From contig JBITNC010000002.1 of assembly GCA_050084985.1 (NCBI GenBank), positions 28,520,001 to 28,584,000 of the forward strand: a stretch of DNA of 64,000 nucleotides, read 5' to 3'. Each line of letters begins with the position of its first letter. Positions within the stretch are counted from its first letter, which is position 1. This DNA comes from Nageia nagi. Taxonomy: Eukaryota; Plantae; Pinophyta. Shown here one piece after another: positions 1-11,777 of the stretch. A program made the translations under genes and the position numbers. A model generated the notes under the pieces. It searched no databases. It was not told where the DNA came from and saw only the letters and a list, made by a program, of their open reading frames with translations.

Positions 1-1536
1 CTGCACCGGTTCTCCAAGAGAAGATGAAATGTCTAAAGATGTCTTCTCAATTCTACATCATCTCCTTATGTAACTAGACGTCCCATTATGACGTCTAGAT
101 CTCACCTCGGGATCCATGAAATCATGCCTAAACGCAAGAAATACAACTAACTATCTCAAGGAGAGAGACATTCCACATTGGGGCTCACACCCACAAATCT
201 CCTATCCGAGATCTCACTAATACATCATGCCCAAGAATAATTCTAGATACAATGAATCATTACTACTCTTCTCTAGAAGAGGGGCCTCCTTACTACAAGT
301 TTTCGCCCATAGGAAGGGATGAGAAGTGACGAGTCAGTCACTCGAGATAAAAGATGATAAATGACAAAGACTATAATGTCCCCAATTTTGACATTACTTC
401 TACTTCAACATGTTGTTGCTACATGTGGGCCACTTGGAATGAGACGCCCCCCTTGGGGAATGATTAAATGTATTTGATGTATTTTGTAATAATTAGGAGT
501 GATTTAGTACTTAGGAGTAATTTAATGCATCGTAATTGGCACTCAATGTGGGACGCCCGACAAAAACCCTCAAGGAGTTTTTGCAGACCAAAGACGAAAA
601 CCCTTGTATTCGTAGGAGTGGATCCCTCACAAAATTCACGAGGTGCTCCAAAGCTTCACATCCAGCAATTGGAAGGCCTTCAGTGGTGCATCCAACCTAT
701 GGAGTGAATTGGTGTAGTTTCAGTGTGTTTGAAGCCCTAGCAGTGTGACATTATGATGATCCAAATTTAATTTCAAACATAAACTAGCAAACACGGACCA
801 TCAAACCCTGACGTCAAGTCTAGGGCATCAAGCTAGCACAATCAAACCCTCAAACATCCAATGTTAGGGTTATTAGGATCACACATTCAGATACCCAAAA
901 TGCCAACGTCTAGCATATGCAAACATACATCAATGAATACAAGCTCAAGATGCCAACATCTGGCTAATGCATACATTTACAAACCCTATTACATTAATGT
1001 GCCTTCGAATGATAAATACAAGTACATACAATTAAAGAGATCCAACGCATGCACAAATATGAGACAATACAACACAATAATGAGATCCAATGCCCTTTGG
1101 CTGTATATGAATGATATGAAGAACAATAATACAATACCAATGCCCATTGGGCAATCGTTAGCCTCAAGGGAGCCAACTAGGGCACAATGCTTTGAAATCC
1201 TCAATGTCGAACAATTTTAGAACCATGGGATAGACTTACTCCCTCAGATCCCGAATCCTCTCCACTAAAGGAGATCTCCTCGAAATCTAGTGAACCACTG
1301 AAGGTAGAAGTAGATCCTCAGAATACCACCGGATGGGCAAGGTGCTCCACCTATGCCGTAGATAATCAGGATCCCACTACCTAACTACTCTGTAGACGCT
1401 TTGCCTAGGAATGTATTGCTTAGCACCACTAAGACTTGTGCCCGAAGGTCTGTAGTAGGTGGAAATAATAATCAATGTTGTCCAATACTGAAGCTCCAAT
1501 GTCTATTTATACCTTTCTCATGTCCGGAGCTCACCT
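1..1536. mobile_element. LTR-retroelement-derived sequence (fragments)
   Basis: 130-260 resembles 3320-3394 plus 12272-12310 (shared ttggggctcaca..ctcctatcc). LTR-like terminus tataatgtcccc at 372. Minus-strand TATAAATAG at about 1503-1511. Confidence 0.5.
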
Positions 1537-3211
1537 TGGAAATCAATGTTTTGGGGGGCTTCAATGAAAACTTGACAATTTTTTTCCTTTTGATTCTCAA
1601 GATACCCTGCCATTACAACATGTACAAATGATTGGCCCAAGGTAAAAGACAAATGAAGGACTAACCCAATCAAATGCAGAATCAAGCAAAGCCTAATTGT
1701 GAAAAGATTTTGGGTGCTGCAATGAAAACTCAACAACGGTTTGAATGTTCCATAGAACTACTAAATGAACCTATATGAATGATTAACTAAAAGGAGAAAT
1801 AGAATAGAAGCACGTATCCAAAATCAATCAAAAAACGGATGTGAAACCTAGTGGAGAATCATAAAAACCTTGACAACTTTTTAATACTCAAGATTCCACT
1901 ATACGAATGACCATCCCAAATCCAGACATGAAATCAACTATTTTGGGCTGCATTGAAACCAGATATAGCATGGTGGCTAAGTTGTGTATGACCTGATCAA
2001 CACCTATGTATATTCTGGTGTCCACTGAAGCCTTCTCAGCAAACCCAACACAGGCCCACAGGGAGACAGAATTGAAGGACTAAACTAATCAACATCCAGA
2101 CTTAAAACCAATTATTTTGGCCAGCATTGAATTCTTACAAAACATTGTCCTCAACAAGCCTAAAACATACACATACATAATTATGGTGATGTGAGCATAT
2201 ACATACGCAAACGTATGTGTGTGTCTATATATGAAATATTATTAGCACTGACCATTGCCAAGGCATGTTGAAGGCCCATGACTGCAGCCAAGAAGAATGA
2301 CATCTTATCATCCTTGCCAAAGAAAGGAGGTAAATTCCTCCTCCCACCACAAGCAATTCTGGGTGTGCATAAATATCCCCAATTATAGTTACCTATAACT
2401 CTCCCCCTCCACCCAGATTGCTGCTGCTCTCCTTCCCTTCTATTAGAGATCTCTTCACCTTGCATATTAGAGCTACTGGACTCCATCCCTACACTCAATC
2501 ATTCACTCCCCCCTCAACTGATGGGTATTTAATTTTTGCAGCTGGGTATTGAACTGCAGCGCTTGGAGTATTCGAGTGTGATCACACAATGCCCATGCTT
2601 CCCCACGCATTTAAGAAGATAAACTCTGTAACGACCACTTCTCTTTTTGACTGAATTCTTTCTTTCTAAGGTGTGACTGATGATAGGACTAGTAGAAAGC
2701 GCCCACCAGCCTATCAAGTAACCCTTAACTGAATTATTTCGTCCGCTCCAAAAAAAAACTCTTGAGCTAATCATATAGTTGGAATTGGATGCTCAGCGCA
2801 AAAAGGCCGCATTGGGGAAAAGCTGAATCTTTGAAGTTATATTTTGGCCTGACCAAAAAATACTGGTTTGAAATCTTTAGTTTAAGAGATTCAGCTTTTT
2901 TCTGGCCTTTCACTTTTTAAGTTTCAAGTAGTAGGACAAAATACTGGGTTGAAATCCTTCTGTAAAAGATTCAGTATCATGTAAGGTTTTTTTTTTAAAA
3001 AGATGAATGAGGTTGGTCTTTTGGTAGTATTTATGAGGAGATTTTAAGGAGGCTTAACAAGGGAAGGTCTTTTTTTTTAAGGAAATTTACTAAAATATCT
3101 TTGTATGTTTATGAAATTATCAAAATACCTTTTAATCTATAAAAATTACTAAAATACCTTTATAAATTTAAGAAATTATCAAAATACCTCTTAATCTATA
3201 AAAATTACTAA
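1537..3211 (-). repeat. Duplicated segment (promoter + exon 1 + 5' part of intron 1), copy B of 52083-53770
   Basis: Direct repeat with scattered SNPs and small indels (largest 16 bp). Homology stops abruptly at both ends. Confidence 0.95.
2253..2486 (-). CDS. Second copy of permease exon 1 (start of a paralog, or an orphan internal duplicate)
   Basis: Identical by eye to 52797-53030, with ATG and GTCAGT donor intact. Confidence 0.7.
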
Positions 3212-3394
3212 TAAGCCAACATGGGGGTATGGGGCCCTCCCCAAGCTAGCGCTAGCACTCTAATGGCCATCCAACATGATAATGTATAAATCTACCTGGG
3301 GATTCCCACAATCCGGGATCTCCAATACAAAACATGTCTATTCTACTACTCAGGAGGGAGACTTCCCACTTGGGGCTCACAATGGGGTACACAT

Positions 3395-3883
3395 TGTTAG
3401 AATTTGTAATGAAATATTGTGAATATCTAAACTCCTTGTAAATTCAATTAATCACTTAAGGGTATGTAGATACCTTAAGAGATTAATAGAATTCTTTAAT
3501 ATGTAGACTTTGACTTTACCAAAGTGGGTAGTTGGTAGGTTGAAGTTTGGTGATAAATTTAATGTAACCCTAACCTTACCCTTGGGTTAAAGGAAGGTTA
3601 GGGAGGTGCTCTCAACCTATAAATAGAGGGCCTCTCCTCATGTAAACATATCTAAGTTTTGAGTAAGATTACTCTACTTGGTTGTGTAGGAGAGAGCTAG
3701 AGAATAGTTGTAAGAGAGACATAGATTTGAGAATAAGAGAACTAGTTGTGGATGTACTCCCAAGGAGGGAGGAACCACATTATATTGATGTGTTATCTTG
3801 AGTGATTGTGTTATCTTGTGTACACATGAGTTTCCTAGTCTAAGGTCCTAGAGGATTTGTTTAGATCTAGCTCAAATCCTTCA
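3395..3883 (+). repeat. Copia 5' LTR
   Basis: TGTTAG...CTTCA; TATA box (ctataaata) near 3617; one mismatch seen against the 3' LTR. Confidence 0.97.
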
Positions 3884-3885
3884 AT

Positions 3886-3898
3886 TGGTATCAGAGCC
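3886..3898 (+). promoter_or_regulatory. Primer binding site (tRNA-iMet)
   Basis: TGGTATCAGAGCC, 2 nt after the 5' LTR. Confidence 0.95.
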
Positions 3899-5119
3899 TT
3901 GTTGTGGAAGCTCTTCTTTTGGTGTGGAAGCTACATCTTGGAGGTTCATCCTTCTTTACTCCTCATCTTTCACCCCTTGGTGAGGTAAATTTTAAAGAGC
4001 AGGTATAAAGATTCTCCTCATTTGGTCATTTATTTTGATTATTACATAATGCTACTAACATAGTATTTGCTATGTGTTAGTCCTTTTTAAGTTATGATTA
4101 ACAAGTTGCAATTTTTTACTAATCCTCTATGTTCCTTGCAATTTTAAATTGCTATAGTTCTTTTAAAGGGTTAGTATACAACACTTGTAATTTGTTGTTC
4201 ATGTTATATTGAACTTAAAAGTATGTGTTGGTTCAATTATTTGATTAAATGCCCATATATGATGCAAAATTGCAATATTTATACTAACATTTTTTTATGT
4301 TAGTAGTAATGTATTGTTATGAAATATCTCATATATACTATCATTAGTGAGTTATTGATATGATCCTAAGCAAAAGGCATCAAATTTTCCAAAAATAAAA
4401 GGAGGACAATTTGTTTTTTGAGTTGCAAAAGCTCAAATTATCTATACATATATATTTTTTTTACTTTGTTTAAATTATAATCACAATATATAGTTTTATT
4501 TTGTTTAATTTTGTTTACAATAATCAAAACAAAATTACATATATTTTAATCTATTTAAATACTCAAACCTATATATATATTTTTTTATTGTGTTTTTTCA
4601 ATTTATTTACAATCACAAATAATAAAATATATCTATTGGGGGGGTCATTAGATAAAAATTAAATCACAATTAAATTGGGGGGTCCAATTGTCGGCGCTTT
4701 ATTATATACTAATGGATCAATAAAGGGATCTGAGAATCAACCATTCAATGCCACCCCTACCATTACAATAGAGGCATTTCCCGAGCCAGCGCCCCTCCCC
4801 TCCTGTTTGCTATGGATAATGCATCTACTAATAGATAGAGAGATTCGAACATGTTGCACCAAACCAGATGTATATTGGATCTTTATTCAAACGCCCATCT
4901 CCTCCTCTTCCCGAAGCAATTAAATTTTTTAAAACGTAGGGGGGATCCTCCCCGCGCGCGCGGCCTCTGGTGGCTCCTCCCGCCCACCGCCGCACCGCGC
5001 TACCCACGCTCCTCCCACGCACGCGCCTCGCGTGAAACGCCTCCTCCTCCCACAGCTGCAGCCCGACTTGCTCCGCCCGACCGCCTCCACCTCCCCGTCC
5101 TCTGCTGCATCTCCTCGCC

Positions 5120-5440
5120 TGCACTGATCGCAGACACCGTTTCCTGGACTGAACTGATCGCAGACCGCGAAGTTTTCGACTGTCTGATTGCACGAGACAT
5201 CTTCTCGTGGAAGTAGTCCTGTAGGCTACCCACGCAATGGCTTTCCTCGACAGGCACTGACACTGTTTCGCCAACTGCAACAAACCCCAGCAGTAGTCCA
5301 ACCAGATCATTTCACCTTTTCCATCGTTGCCAATCTGGGCAATCTGGAACAGGGTTTATACATACATGACAGCTTCTTTCAACACCACATTTCTGTCACA
5401 TGTGTAGTTGTGAATGCCATGGTAGACATGTATGCAAACC
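5120..5440 (+). pseudogene. Captured PLS-class pentatricopeptide repeat (PPR) gene fragment inside the Copia leader
   Basis: Reads DTVSWTELIA..REVFDCLIARDIFSW, then after a frameshift GYPRNGFPRQALTLFRQLQ..VQPDHFTFSIVANLGNLEQGLYIHD..VVVNAMVDMYA. This matches the P-L-S motif consensus. Confidence 0.85.
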
Positions 5441-6030
5441 TTAACGCGTAGGGAAGTCAACAGCCGCCCCACGCGCCTCCAACGACCTCCAACGCCTTGG
5501 ACTCCTTCTGCCGCCCTCCTCCACACTCTGGTCTCTCCTGCCACCCCTGCCCAGCTTCTCCACCACCCTGAGGATTCCACTTGGCTCCTTCCCATTTTTT
5601 TTGTCAACTTTAGTTGTTGAGCCTTAATTTTTTACCCACTACATATTTACTTTGATTTTTTTTTAAAAAAAAACACAAGGGGGGGAGTCATATTTTACAA
5701 CTACCATGCATTTAATTGTTTATTGACTTAGGAGTATTTTTTTAGTGCTTAAACTAGGAGAAGCATTAAAAATTGGGGTATGGGTCTCCTATTCCCACTT
5801 GCCCACTTATTCTTCTTAGGCATTGTTTTACTTGCTTCTAAATCAATTGCTCCCATTAAATGCACTTAGGAGTACTTAGACTATTTCTAATATTCTACTC
5901 CACATTGCATGTTTAATTTAAGTGCATATCCCATCTCTAAGCATAGTTACAAGGGATAACACTTTAAGTAAAAAGGGGGGCATTAGTATAAATTTTTACT
6001 TAAATTTTATCTAGATGTTGCATGCTAGAC

Positions 6031-6198
6031 TTATGATGCATGTATCTTGTTTGAAGAATAAAACATGCTTAGGACTTCAATTTTTAATGCATGATGCATG
6101 CTTACTTAAATTTTTATGATGCATGTATCTTGTTTGAAGAATAAAACATGCTTAGGACTTAAATTTTTAATGCATGATGCATGCTTACTTAAATTTTT
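6031..6198 (+). repeat. Two-copy tandem duplication of about 83 bp
   Basis: ttatgatgcatgtatcttg...cttacttaaattt repeated nearly exactly. Confidence 0.9.
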
Positions 6199-7026
6199 AA
6201 GTCATGATACAATGCATGTTATGAATTAAATACTAAGTAGGACTTAGTTCTTTGTTTAATTCATTAAGTGCTTGAATAAATTGAGAAAAATATGAAAAAT
6301 GTAAAAGTCCTTTAGGGGTTAGAACAAAACCCATTGGACTCAATTTTTTTGGCCTCTTAAGGTTTCAAGTTTGTGTGGATGGAGTATTTTTCACTTTACT
6401 TTATATTTTTTGCACATTTGCTTATACTTGCAATACGCAAAAATTTGAAAAGTAACCCCTAAAATGAATACATCCGCACGTATTTTCCACAACATGACTT
6501 GTTTGGGGAGCCATGAGGTGAGGACAGGGCAGACTGGAGCCCTTTTAGTCCGAAGAACCAAGTGGTGGTAAGTCCGTCTTAATTGCCCCTAAGACCTCTG
6601 TTGGATTGGACATAACTCTATTAGGTGGACAGGCATGTGTGTAGTGATACCACATGTCCGCACGTCCATTCAGGGATTATCCTGATAACCTAGGAGGAAA
6701 ACTGAAACCCTTAATCAAGATAATTAAAATGGCCTGTCCAAGATACGTCGGATCCTTGGAAAATAGTAGGTACTTCTCCTTGTGAGAGTATATCACTGAC
6801 CAAGGTGAACTAGTTGAGGACTGGTAGTACCTGGGCTCCACCTTGCGGGCATCCAGGTGAAGGCCTAATTCTATACAAGAAAACAACCCCAACTTTATCC
6901 TTCTATGGATCGTGGTTAATGAGTTTACACATGTGGGACATGTTTGCTTATTAGATGTTTTATATGTATAGATAAAAATTGTAAAAGTTTACATTCTTAT
7001 TGCATATTTATTTGTTTCTTGTAGCA

Positions 7027-10000
7027 ATGGTTGAAACCTTCGTTCCCAAGCACATACTCGATGGTTCCAACTTTGGAATATGGGAACCTCGTATGAAAGC
7101 CGAGTTACAAGCAAGAAAGCTATGGCAGACAGTTAGTGAAGACGTGGTTGCTCCTACCGATGAGAAGGCTCTTGAAGTATACAACTCAAAAAATGAGTTA
7201 GCAACTTCCATGATTTACCGTGTAGTTTCAGATGATGTCCTTCTCATGATTTCTTCATCAACTTCAGCAAAGGAAGCTTGGGATAGGTTAAAGAAAATTT
7301 ACCTTGGATCCAAATTTTCAAGGAGGTTTACCATTCTACAAAAGTTGTTGCAGTATCGACAAAGTGAAGATGAAAGTGCCTCCATCTACTTAAACAAAAT
7401 CATTGACCTCAGGACACAACTGGTTGGTTGTGGGTGCAACTGGATCAATGATGAGTTCATGGTCTTCATCATTCTTCAAAGCCTTACTACAAAGTTCAGC
7501 AACTTTGTCACAGTTATGGAAACAAGGCTCGATGATGAAGAAGATGTCATCTCACTTGATAACCTTTCTAGACTTCTTCTAAAGCATGAGGAAACTTTGA
7601 ACAAGAAAATGTTGAACCTTTCTCCAAAGGACCATAGCATTGCTCTAGGAGCAATCAAAACTCCTTTCAAGAAAAAGTTCAAACATTACAAATTCAAAGA
7701 CAACAAGTCCTCATCTACCTTCAGGAAGTATGACAAAAAGGGCAACAACAACAACAATCATGGCAACTACAGGCACAGGAATGATAAAGCAGGATCAAGC
7801 AATCCAACACCTCAAGAAAAGTTTGATGGGAATTGTAACTTCTGTGGCATCTTTGGGCACAAAGAGTATGATTGTCGCAAAAAGAAATTTGCTCAAAAAG
7901 GAAAGGGAAATGCAAATGTGAGAACTTTCAATAATAGAAAGAAGAACAAGCATACTGCTAATGTTGCCTACTACTCAATGACTCAAACTATTTCAAATGA
8001 TTGGATTGTTGATTCAGGATGCACTAATCACATGTGTTATGAAAAGGATAAGTTTGAAAACTTTCATAAGTACAAAAAGGATGCAGTTGTGATAGGTGAT
8101 AATACAGTCCTTGATGTTCACAGAATAGGGAATGTGAAGATTCATGGAAAGACTCTTGATAATGTCTTTTATGTGCCTAAACTAAGGATGAATCTCATCT
8201 CCGTGATTCAGATTACAAGGAAAGGATGCTCATTTGAGTTTACCTCACACTCCTGGAGTGTTAAGAAAGGACTTGCCACCTTGATGAAAGGATCAACAAA
8301 GGATGACCTTTATATTGTGGATCAAGTACCTTCAAAGATTTGTCTAGCTGCAAATGTTTGTTCAAAAGGTAATCTTTGGCATCAACGATTAGGGCACCTT
8401 AACCACAAGAGTATTCAAGATATGAAAACTCAAGCACTAGTGGAAGGTTTACCTAATATTTCACCCACAATTGGTCTTTGTGAAAGGTGCATTCTAGGAA
8501 AGATGCATAGGCAAAAGTTTGAAAAAGATAAGGCAACTCGGGCTACTTGTCCTCTTCAGCTTGTGCATTCAGATTTGATAGGTCCTTTTCAGACTAAGTC
8601 CCTAGGGGGATCTTCTTATGTTCTGACCTTCATTGATGACTTCAGTAGGATGACATTTGGTTATCTCCTTGAGCACAAGGATCAAACTTTTGACAGGTTT
8701 CAAGACTTCAAGGCACTTGTTGAAAATCAAACTGATTTTAAGATCAAGATGTTGAGATCTGACAATGGGGGTGAATATAATAGCAATGAGTTTAACGACT
8801 ATTGTCTTAAACACGGGATTAAGCGACAATTCACAATCCCTTACACCCCTCAGCAAAATGGAGTTGCTGAAAGGAAGAATCGCACCATTATGGAAATGGC
8901 AAGATGCATGTTGGGTAACCTTCCTAGTTTCTTCTGGGGAGAAGCTGTTCACACTGCTATTCACACCCTAAATAGGTGTCCTACTAAGGCAGTTGAAGGT
9001 AAAACTCCATATGAAGCATGGACAGGAAAGAAACCTAACCTCTCACACTTCAGGGTCTTCGGTTGTGATGCATTTGCCTTCATTACCTCAAAGAAAAGAA
9101 AGAAGCTAGATAAACGATCAGAAAAATGCATCTTTGTGGGGTATGATAATCAGCATAGAGGTTACAGGCTCTACTCTTCATCCCATAAAATAGTCTTTGT
9201 TTCTAGGGATGTTAAGTTCAATGAACTTTCTGAGGATACGACCTCTCATGCTGAGGTGTCTGATACAGATGATTCTTCGCCTGCACCTAACTGGTTGGAT
9301 GATCATATAGAGAAGTCACCACAAGAGCAAAATTCTCCAGCACAGAGAATTACAAGAAGTATGACCTTGAATAAATCCTTATTTGCCAAAATTGATAATA
9401 TGCATGAGCCATCAACCTTCAAAGAAGCTTCCAAGCAAGAGTGTTGGATGGAAGCTATGAAAGTTGAGTATGAGGCACTCATGAAAAATGAAACTTGGGA
9501 TTTGGTTCCTTATCCCAATGAGAAAAATGTGATTGGCAATAAATGGATATACAAGGTCAAGTACAATTCTGATGGAAAAATTGAAAAATACAAGGCAAGG
9601 TTAGTAGCCAAAGGATTCGCTCAGAAATATGGTATTGATTATGAGGAAACCTTTGCTCCTGTAGCCAAGATGCCTACTGTCAGAATAATTCTTGCTCTTT
9701 CTGCAGCTCAAGGATGGAAAGCTTTTCAACTTGATGTCAAAAGTGCATTTCTCAATGGTGACTTGGATGTTGAAATCTACATGAATCAACCAGAAGGATT
9801 TATTCCAGAAGGAAAAGAGACTCTTGTGTGTAAGCTAAAGAAGTCTTTGTATGGACTTAAGCAAGCACCTAGAGCATGGTACAAGAAAATTTCAGGATTC
9901 TTTGCAGATATTGGTTTTTCCAAATGCTTCTCAGATTCAGATCTATATGTACTCAATCAAGGACAAGACGTGGTCATAATTCTCCTTTATGTGGATGATC

Positions 10001-10949
10001 TTCTCATAACAGGCAATAATATTGAAATCATCCAAGAGTGCATCTCCAAACTCAAGGCAACATTTGAAATGACTGATCTAGGTCTATTGCATTACTATCT
10101 TGGGATGCAAGTATACCAACACAAAGATTGTACTTATCTTAGTCAATCTAAGTATATATCAGACATCTTGCAAAAGTTTGGAATGGAGGAGTGTAAATAT
10201 GCTGCAATACCTGTTTCTCCAGGAATCGTTGTATCTCTGAGCTCAGATTCTCAGTTGGCTGATGCTACAGCTTATAGACAATTGATTGGTAGTCTTCTGT
10301 ATCTGACTATCTCTCGTCCTGATATTGCCTTTGCAGTGAATCTGATGGCACGATTCATGCAAAAACCATATGTTGAACACCTCAATGCTGTTAAGCAAAT
10401 CTTGAGGTATGTCGCAGGGACAAAGGATCTTGCTCTTAAGTATACCAAAGTGCCCTCAATTGTTCTCTCAGGGTTCTCAGATTCTGATTATGGGGGAGAT
10501 AGAGATGACAGAAAATCAACCTCTGCATGTGTTTAGCATTGGTTCAGGTGCTATCTCTTGGGCTTCCAAGAAGCAACCTACTGTGACTTTCTACCACCGA
10601 AGCCGAATATCGAGCCATGTCTGTTGCCGCCCAAGAAGCTATTTGGCTAAGACATCTTCTGAACGAAATTGGGTATACGCAAAATGGCCCATCTCTTATT
10701 TCGTCAGATAATCAATCGGCTATCTCTTTGGCTAAGAATCCTGTGTTCCATCAGCGAACCAAACATGTCGAAATCCAAGCTCATTTTATCAGGGAGAAGG
10801 TTCTAAATGATATCATACACTTGCAGTATTGTCCATCTACTGACAACTCCGCTGATTTGTTCACCAAGCCCCTTCCTGAAGCTCACTTCTGCAAGCTCAG
10901 GGATTCTCTCGGGTTGGTGAAGTTGCCCTCAAGGGGGAGTGAAGTTTAA
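7027..10949 (+). CDS. Copia Gag-Pol polyprotein with two frameshifts in RNase H (about 10530 and 10590)
   Basis: Zn knuckle CNFCGIFGHKEYDC, protease DSGCT, HQRLGH..CERC, integrase core (LRSDNGGEY, PQQNGVAER), RT YVDD. RNase H (SDSD..KST / AISWASKKQ / EAEY..RTKH..ADLFTK) is split across ORFs 7000-10536, 10409-10711 and 10617-10949. Confidence 0.95.
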
Positions 10950-11006
10950 ACTTTTGTTAGTGATGACAACTTCACCTCTAAGAGGCCCTTTTTTGATTGT
11001 ACATTC

Positions 11007-11289
11007 TATACCTCAGTGGTAAGTTTGCTCTGCGTGACAAACTTGTTGTACAATTGTTGTTATAGAGTGTTGATTATTTTATACCTCAGTGGTAAGTTTG
11101 CTCTGCGTGACAAACTTGTTGTACATTTTATACCTCCGTGGTGAGTTTGCTCTGCGTGAGAAACTTATTGTACAAATTTTGAGCATATAATTAATATACC
11201 TCCGTGGTAAGTTCGCTCTGCGTGACGAACTTATTGTACATTCTATACCTCCGTGGTGAGTTTGCTCTGCGTGAGAAACTCGTTGTACA
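11007..11289 (+). repeat. Five copies of a 46-nt hairpin-forming unit in the Copia 3' UTR
   Basis: TATACCTC(A/C)GTGGT(A/G)AGTTYGCTCTGCGTGA(C/G)RAACTY.TTGTACA at 11007, 11080, 11129, 11195 and 11244. Confidence 0.92.
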
Positions 11290-11777
11290 ATTTTTATGCT
11301 CTATTTTAAAATCAACACATGTCTATATACAACAGGTGACTATGAGTGATGGCTTGGCATCTCCGTGATGGCTTATAGTGCAACATTGATCAGTTATTTA
11401 TAAGATGGCATTATTTAATTCTCTTATTTGAATATATGATGCATCTAACTGATTTTGTTCATGAGTTGCTTGTAGCATGCAGGATCTTCTTTAGAAATGC
11501 AGGTTACTCACCTTGTGAAAGCAAGCTCATGGAGACTCACATGTCAGCTTAAAGTTGATCGACTACTATGTACAGTGAAACCAGTTGTGGTTAATGATTG
11601 TATTGTAAACCATTTTTGTCAAATGGTAATGTAGTGAGTCTCATACTAGTTCTCAAAAAGATTCTCAAAAATATATAAAAGTTCTCATCTCCACTTGTAT
11701 CTCTATGGAGGAGAACTCTCTCTTACTCTCTCTCTTCTCTCTTCTACGCTCTATCCCAATATTGCATTAAGGGGGAG

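Noticed and set aside
4828-5310. 160-aa and 87-aa minus-strand ORFs in the Copia leader
   Set aside because: They are by-products of high GC content; the recognisable PPR homology is on the plus strand.
6670-6715. Hammerhead-like ctgataa...gaaac
   Set aside because: It lacks the CUGAnGA core and the required three-stem arrangement.
11007-11289. CRISPR-like look (palindromic repeats with variable spacers)
   Set aside because: Spacers are 3-27 nt and irregular, there are no cas genes, and the array lies in a plant retrotransposon 3' UTR.
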